64,000 nt of DNA from an uncultured delta proteobacterium. GTDB lineage: Bacteria > Desulfobacterota > Binatia > UBA9968. The position numbers were made by a program, and so were the translations under genes. Every line of letters begins with the position of its first letter. The first letter of the stretch is position 1. The DNA is taken from contig CAVXEP010000029.1 in assembly GCA_963760795.1 (NCBI GenBank), forward strand, positions 128,001 to 192,000, read 5' to 3'. Below are positions 58,796 to 64,000 of this stretch, piece by piece. Under the pieces are notes generated by a model. It saw only the letters and a program-made list of their open reading frames with translations, made no database searches and was not told the DNA's origin.

Positions 58796-60825
58796 TGGCG
58801 GCGACAGACCACGAGGATGCGCGGCTTCGTTCCGTTGCCCTGCAAAACGCCCGGAGCATCGTACTTGCGCGCCGGCGCGCAGAGGAAGTGTTGCGCAAGC
58901 AGTCAGAGTGGCTGCGCGTCACGCTTTCCAGCATTGGCGATGGGGTGATCAGCACCGACGCCGAAGGCCGTGTGAGCTTTATGAATGGCGTGGCCGAGGC
59001 CTTAACGGGTTGGACGCGCAATGAAGCGATGGGGCAAGCGCTTGATGCGGTGTTCCGCATTGTCAACGAGTCAACCCGCGAAGGCGTGGAAAATCCGGCT
59101 ATGCGGGTACTGCGCGAAGGCGCCATTGTCGGGCTGGCGAACCATACTCTCCTCATTGCCAAAGATGGCACGGAACGACCGATCGACGACAGTGCCGCGC
59201 CGATCTGCAATGAGAAGGGGAGCATCGCTGGATGTGTACTGGTCTTTCGCGATGTTACCGAGAGGCGCAGGGCGGAAGACGCCCTGCACCGTAGCGAACG
59301 CGAACTCAGCGAGTTCTTCGAAAACGCCAACGTCGGCCTGCACTGGGTCGGCCCAGACGGGATCATCTTGCGGGCGAACCAGGCCGAACTCGATTTGCTC
59401 GGTTACAGCCGCGAGGAATACGTCGGCCGCCATATCGCCGAGTTTCATGTCGATAAACCCGAGATCGACAAGATGCTCGACTGCTTACTGCGCGCTGAGA
59501 ACCTGCATGAATACCCGGCGCGAATGCGCTGTAAAGACGGATCGATCCGGGACGTGCTGGTAAACTCCAGCGGGTTTTTCGAGAACGGCGAATTCATTCA
59601 CAGCCGTTGCTTCACCCACGATATCACCGAGCGCAAACGGGCCGAACAAAAACTCACCGACGCCAACCGCCGCAAGGACGAATTTTTAGCGACGTTATCG
59701 CACGAGCTGAGAAACCCGCTGGCGCCGATTCGCAACGCCGTGCAAATCTTAAAGACCATCAGCCCCGCCACGCCGACGCTCGAGTGGTGCCGGGATTTGA
59801 TCGATAACCAGGTCGCCCAGATGGCGCGGCTGATGGAAGATCTGCTCGACCTCACCCTTATCTCGCGTAATTCGTTGGAGCTGCGCAAACAGCCGGCGGA
59901 TTTGGGCGCGGTGATCGAAGGTGCGATCGAAACCAGCCGGCCGCTGATCGAAGCGGGCCGGCACCAGCTCACGGTCAATCTGCCGGCGCAAAAAATGATG
60001 CTAGATGGCGATCCGGCCCGCCTTATTCAAGTGTTCGCCAATTTATTGAATAACGCGGCAAAGTACACGGAACCTGACGGCGAGATCCACGTAAACGCGG
60101 AGCTCGTCCGCCGAGCGGAGCAGGACGGTTTACAGGACGTGGTTGTCTCGATCAAAGATAGCGGTATCGGCATTGCGCCTGACCTGCTGCTGCATCTTTT
60201 CGAAATGTTTTTTCAGGCCGATCGCAGCAAAGAACGCCATTACGGCGGTTTGGGAATCGGCCTTACGCTGGCGCTTCATATCGTTAAGCTGCACGGCGGG
60301 GGTATTGAAGTTAACAGTGAAGGACTCGGCAAGGGCAGCGAATTTGCCGTGCGCTTGCCGTTAGCTAAAGAATCCGGCGAGCAGGACCAGGGCAGCGTCG
60401 GCGCCGGCAATGAGGCAAATCCGCGTGCGCGGCGTTTGTCCAGGTCGGTATTAGTTGTGGATGACAACAATAATCAGGTCGAGAGCATCGCCATGCTGCT
60501 GAAGATTCTTGATTGCGAAGTGCGCGCGGCTAATGACGGTGTAAGCGCCCTGGAAGCACTGAAAGAGTTCATTCCTGAATTTGCCCTGATCGATATTGGT
60601 TTGCCGGGTATAGATGGTTTTGAGCTGGCGCGGCGTATCCGCAAATTCGACGAATATAAAAATATCGTGCTTATCGCGCAAACCGGCTGGGGAAGGGAAG
60701 AGGATCGTATAGAATCGCGCCAAGCAGGTTTTGATTATCACCTGGTAAAACCACTGGATTTCCAGTTGCTCGAAAGGATATTGACGGGAGCGGAGCCGCC
60801 GACCTTGAGTCAAGCTCGGGTTTAA
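58795..60825 (+). CDS. cytoplasmic PAS-PAS hybrid histidine kinase
   Basis: SIGDGVISTD, VFRDVT, HDIT, SHELRNPL and C-terminal REC; TAATG overlap with the upstream gene. Confidence 0.93.
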   Translation: MAATDHEDARLRSVALQNARSIVLARRRAEEVLRKQSEWLRVTLSSIGDGVISTDAEGRVSFMNGVAEALTGWTRNEAMGQALDAVFRIVNESTREGVENPAMRVLREGAIVGLANHTLLIAKDGTERPIDDSAAPICNEKGSIAGCVLVFRDVTERRRAEDALHRSERELSEFFENANVGLHWVGPDGIILRANQAELDLLGYSREEYVGRHIAEFHVDKPEIDKMLDCLLRAENLHEYPARMRCKDGSIRDVLVNSSGFFENGEFIHSRCFTHDITERKRAEQKLTDANRRKDEFLATLSHELRNPLAPIRNAVQILKTISPATPTLEWCRDLIDNQVAQMARLMEDLLDLTLISRNSLELRKQPADLGAVIEGAIETSRPLIEAGRHQLTVNLPAQKMMLDGDPARLIQVFANLLNNAAKYTEPDGEIHVNAELVRRAEQDGLQDVVVSIKDSGIGIAPDLLLHLFEMFFQADRSKERHYGGLGIGLTLALHIVKLHGGGIEVNSEGLGKGSEFAVRLPLAKESGEQDQGSVGAGNEANPRARRLSRSVLVVDDNNNQVESIAMLLKILDCEVRAANDGVSALEALKEFIPEFALIDIGLPGIDGFELARRIRKFDEYKNIVLIAQTGWGREEDRIESRQAGFDYHLVKPLDFQLLERILTGAEPPTLSQARV

Positions 60826-60944
60826 GATCGCGATCCAATCGACAAAACTCGTTGGCAATTTGTACCAAAGATGCGCGACGCGAAACGAGCCGGTCGTGTC
60901 GCTAAATTGCCGAGCGGACCGACATCTGTTTTTAAAGAATCCAG

Positions 60945-61739
60945 TTAGGGGTTTGCGCCGGAGCTTTTTTCGCGCTGTGAAAGCGGACTCTGCGCGTGAC
61001 GATGACCCCGTTCATATCCGGCGCGAAACTCGCGCGCATCCCACATATCCGGAAAGTGCATTTTCAAATAATTCTCGGCTTCGATGTAACCCTTGCCTCG
61101 ATTGGGCAGGTCTAACGCAGCTTCGAAACCTTTGCGATAAGTCGACTCGATCTGCACGAAATTTTCGGACGAGTCGTAGGACTCCGCTTCCGCATCGCGC
61201 AGGCCGATCCACCATTTCTCCCGGGCGGCATCGATACTTTCCGCCCCGGCATCAATCAGAATTTTTCGCCCGATTTCGAGTTGATCCTCGTCGTCGGTGC
61301 GAAAGATCAGAATCGTTCGACCTTGGCGTAGCGCATCCTCGTAAAAGTACAGTTCATCGCGCGGCAGTCCTTCGGTTAAGGAATATTCCAGGGCGCCGCC
61401 TGCGGCGGCGCCTCCGGCCGCACCGACGGTGCCGGTGATTGCCGCAGTTATGAAACCGATCGCCAGCACCGGCCCGACCCCAGGGAATAGCAGCGAGGAT
61501 AGGACCATGCCAAGCGGCAAACCGCCCGATAAACCGAGTGCGCCGCCGACTACTCCACCGATGACCTTGCCCATTCCGGGCTGCTCGCCGTCAGTCGTAG
61601 GAACGGTGTTTTGCTCGCCATTTTTCTTATCTGGCGTTAGTAGACTTAATTGATCTTTGGACAGGCCTGACCTGAGAAGCTCGTTTAGGGCCTTTTCAGC
61701 AGCTCTGGGCGAGGAAAATATTCCGCTGGCGGTTTTCAT
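60945..61739 (-). CDS. general-stress-type membrane protein (YflT/Gsp17M-like N-terminus, glycine-zipper TM)
   Basis: GIFSS..AEKALNEL..G, PGVGPVLAIG and FYEDALRQG. Confidence 0.75.
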   Translation of the reverse strand: MKTASGIFSSPRAAEKALNELLRSGLSKDQLSLLTPDKKNGEQNTVPTTDGEQPGMGKVIGGVVGGALGLSGGLPLGMVLSSLLFPGVGPVLAIGFITAAITGTVGAAGGAAAGGALEYSLTEGLPRDELYFYEDALRQGRTILIFRTDDEDQLEIGRKILIDAGAESIDAAREKWWIGLRDAEAESYDSSENFVQIESTYRKGFEAALDLPNRGKGYIEAENYLKMHFPDMWDAREFRAGYERGHRHAQSPLSQREKSSGANP

Positions 61740-61768
61740 AGAGTGGTCTCCTTCTGCTTAGAGTAAAA

Positions 61769-61783
61769 GCAATGAGGGTGCCA
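61769..61783 (-). promoter_or_regulatory. sigma54 promoter
   Basis: TGGCACCCTCATTGC, about 30 nt upstream of the start at 61739. Confidence 0.88.
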
Positions 61784-62020
61784 AACCGGGTGTTGCAGGA
61801 ATGGTGGCTTCGATGAAATCAGCTAAGAATTTTTCCCAGGAGTCTGAATACTCGCGCTTAATAGAATTCAAAGCTCGCCGGTAGTCACTGGCGCGATCAG
61901 CTATCAATAAATAAATTCCCGAGGCCGGGTTTTCTGCTACAGTCGGCGCCCGCGCAGAACTGTCGCATTCGTCTCGAGGCGGTTAGAATCCCAATTCTAA
62001 GACATCAGCGGCGTATCAAC

Positions 62021-62035
62021 CGGAACAGCGATTGC
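62021..62035 (+). promoter_or_regulatory. sigma54 promoter
   Basis: CGGAACAGCGATTGC; palindrome-like ATCCCAATTCTAAGAC at 61988. Confidence 0.7.
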
Positions 62036-62067
62036 ACCAACTCTTCATAAATTATGGAGGTGCAATC

Positions 62068-62259
62068 ATGGCGCGATACGGCAAAAGCGCGGGGCAGAAA
62101 GTTAAGCGGGCGATGCATGAGCGTAAAAAAGGCACTTTGAAGAGCGGGCGTTCCGGCAAAACGGTGAAAAGCCGAAAGCAGGCGATCGCCATCGGCTTGT
62201 CCGAAGCACGTCGTGCCGGCGGCAAGGTACCGGCAAAAAGACCGCGAAAAAAGAAATAG
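62068..62259 (+). CDS. DUF6496 small basic protein
   Basis: KVKRAMHERKKGTLKSG..VKSRKQAIAIGLSEAR; GGAGG RBS. Confidence 0.9.
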   Translation: MARYGKSAGQKVKRAMHERKKGTLKSGRSGKTVKSRKQAIAIGLSEARRAGGKVPAKRPRKKK

Positions 62260-62423
62260 CTATTAATAATTCAATTCGGAAAAATTTCGCGTCAGATCGG
62301 TTTAGCTGTCGAGATATCGCTGATATTAAAGGCTATCTCTTGGTGGATGTTGGCTGGGCCGAAGTTAAACCTTCGCCTGGCGACGGAGAGTCTCTATGTT
62401 CCGCCGTTTTAAGTGTCGGCGTG

Positions 62424-62669
62424 TCACGCTCGCCCGAGTGGATTTATTATGGGGTTGTCGAGTGTTGGAATGTCAGGCGCAACCAGCGGCCCTGAAATGA
62501 TCTCTAATGATAATCCCCGTCCCTTTGCAAACTCCGGCTCTTCTCCTGAGATATATTGAGCTTGAGTCTCTCCGAAGACCCATACAGCGCCGTCCTCTTG
62601 AAGCAACACGACCTGCGGTTGTGGATCGGCGGCAAACTTAACCCAGTAATAACCATGCGGTCTCGGCAT
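62424..62669 (-). CDS. small hypothetical protein
   Basis: ATG-initiated 81-aa ORF (GYYWVKF...ISGPLVAP); no recognised family. Confidence 0.5.
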   Translation of the reverse strand: MPRPHGYYWVKFAADPQPQVVLLQEDGAVWVFGETQAQYISGEEPEFAKGRGLSLEIISGPLVAPDIPTLDNPIINPLGRA

Positions 62670-62857
62670 GATTAAAGTTTAGCGCAGCCACGAACGAGAA
62701 CAACCCCTTGTGAAAAATAAAAGGACTCGAGCTAGAACCTAGCGCGGCAAAGCCGTAACCAGTAAGAAGGAGGGAAATTCCCCGAGGAAACACGAGGTTC
62801 GCAAAGTTCTGAGTATGTTCCAATTACCAATTCTAAATTAGCATTTTTCGCACTGCC

Positions 62858-62872
62858 GCGATGAGGGTGCCG
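62858..62872 (-). promoter_or_regulatory. possible sigma54 promoter
   Basis: CGGCACCCTCATCGC, 13/15 identical to the 61769 promoter. Confidence 0.55.
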
Positions 62873-63167
62873 AAAGTTTTCCCACGCAGTGTTCTACACG
62901 TTGACGCCGCCGCCTTTAGCTGAACCTGGATTCCCATGTTCGATCAATGATGAAGGTTTACCCTATCTGACAAAACTGCGGTTCACTCTCGGGTTCCAAT
63001 ATTACCAGTATAAGAAACATCTGCTTCCGGCTCACTTTGTTCTGAATATAGATCACCGCTCGATGAGATAATTCCCAGGGGCGAGACATCTTCAGCGCGT
63101 TGGCGCGCCGGGGTGTTATTTGCCCACGCATTTTACTACTTGCTAGGCTGATCAGAGAAAAGCGGCG

Positions 63168-63182
63168 CGGCACGATTATTGA
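63168..63182 (+). promoter_or_regulatory. possible sigma54 promoter of katE (-12 GA variant)
   Basis: CGGCACGATTATTGA; palindrome TTCCCAGGGGCGAGAC at 63072. Confidence 0.6.
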
Positions 63183-63288
63183 TCATAACACAGTGGTTGG
63201 CGCGCAAGGACTAAGCCCTGCGTCCAGGGTGGGCGATGCCGTCCGCGTAGAATTGATTAACCGCAACATAAAATGAGGGATATTTATA

Positions 63289-64000
63289 ATGGCAAAAGAA
63301 CGTGGCAGCCGTAAAACTCAATCGAATCGCGAGCAAAGCGCGCAATATGGCGACCAAACTGTAACCGTCGGCGCCGGCGGCGAAACCCACCAGACCGCCG
63401 ATGACGGTGCCCCTGTATTGACCACTCAACAGGGCACTCCGGTGTCGGACGACCAAAACTCGCTGAAGATCGGCGCCCGCGGGCCGACGGTGCTGGAAGA
63501 TTTTCATTTTCGCGAGAAAATTTTTCACTTCGATCACGAGAGAATTCCCGAGCGAGTGGTCCATGCCCGCGGTTTCGGCGCCCATGGGTATTTCGAAAAC
63601 TACGAATCCCTTGCCGACGTGACCAAGGCGGATCTTTTCCAGCGCGCCGGTGAGAAGACTCCCGCTTTCGTGCGTTTCTCCACCGTCGCCGGCAACAAGG
63701 GCTCAGCGGACTTAGCGCGCGACGTGCGCGGTTTTGCCGTCAAGCTCTACACCCAACAAGGCAACTGGGATATCGTCGGCAACAACATTCCAGTGTTTTT
63801 CATTCAGGATGCCCTCAAGTTTCCCGATTTCGTACATTCTGTCAAAGAGGAACCGGATCGCGGCTTCCCCCAGGCGGCGTCAGCGCATGACAACTTTTGG
63901 GACTTTGTTTCGCTATCGCCGGAGAGCACCCACATGCTTTTGTGGGTTATGTCGGACCGGGCGATTCCGCGTTCGCTGCGTTTCATGGAAGGCTTTGGCG
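63289..64000 (+). CDS. katE: large-subunit catalase HPII (3' end runs off the window)
   Basis: Not in ORF track. Manual translation gives [39 protein letters not shown] and [12 protein letters not shown]. Confidence 0.97.
   Translation, partial: MAKERGSRKTQSNREQSAQYGDQTVTVGAGGETHQTADDGAPVLTTQQGTPVSDDQNSLKIGARGPTVLEDFHFREKIFHFDHERIPERVVHARGFGAHGYFENYESLADVTKADLFQRAGEKTPAFVRFSTVAGNKGSADLARDVRGFAVKLYTQQGNWDIVGNNIPVFFIQDALKFPDFVHSVKEEPDRGFPQAASAHDNFWDFVSLSPESTHMLLWVMSDRAIPRSLRFMEGFG

Noticed and set aside
62638-62823. 61-aa hydrophobic ORF behind the weak 62858 sigma54 box
   Set aside because: TTG start, no RBS and no family match; cannot be supported as a gene.
1-64000. CRISPR array, rRNA or tRNA
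   Set aside because: No regularly spaced direct repeats or recognisable structural RNA seen by eye; the recurring palindromes are promoter-linked and degenerate.

Overview
Bacterial chromosomal window with two very different halves, joined by an IS481-like remnant at about 38.3 kb. The gene content (many AfuA/FbpA-like solute-binding proteins, Rieske oxygenases, UbiD, Mo-hydroxylases, ComDE-like pair) resembles Candidatus Binatia; this taxonomy is inference only. Left half (1-38.3 kb): an aromatic/N-heteroaromatic catabolic supercluster with an IclR gene. It holds four Rieske oxygenase alpha subunits (two phthalate-4,5-dioxygenase-like, two CarAa/OxoO-like), a dihydrodiol dehydrogenase, a UbiD with an altered catalytic triad, two class III extradiol dioxygenases, two meta-cleavage-type hydrolases, a hydratase, aldolase and acylating aldehyde dehydrogenase, a three-subunit Mo-hydroxylase plus an orphan Mo subunit, an M20-fold protein lacking metal ligands, a split TPP decarboxylase, and ABC/TAXI transport genes. 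No Rieske reductase or ferredoxin is present in the window. Right half (39-64 kb): a general-stress-type island (CsbD, ferritin-like, BON, hemerythrin, DUF3309, YqjD/E/K-like, AI-2E, DUF6496, YflT-like, KatE). About 12 sigma54 -24/-12 promoters lie in front of its units. A 16-bp palindrome (GTCYCA-N4-TGRGAC) recurs, five times as pairs exactly 31 bp apart. The island also encodes an NtrC-type activator (frameshifted) and two paralogous hybrid kinases, one translationally coupled to a MetE-like protein lacking its Glu zinc ligand. Several pseudogenes and single-base frameshifts are present. No rRNA, tRNA or CRISPR array was seen.
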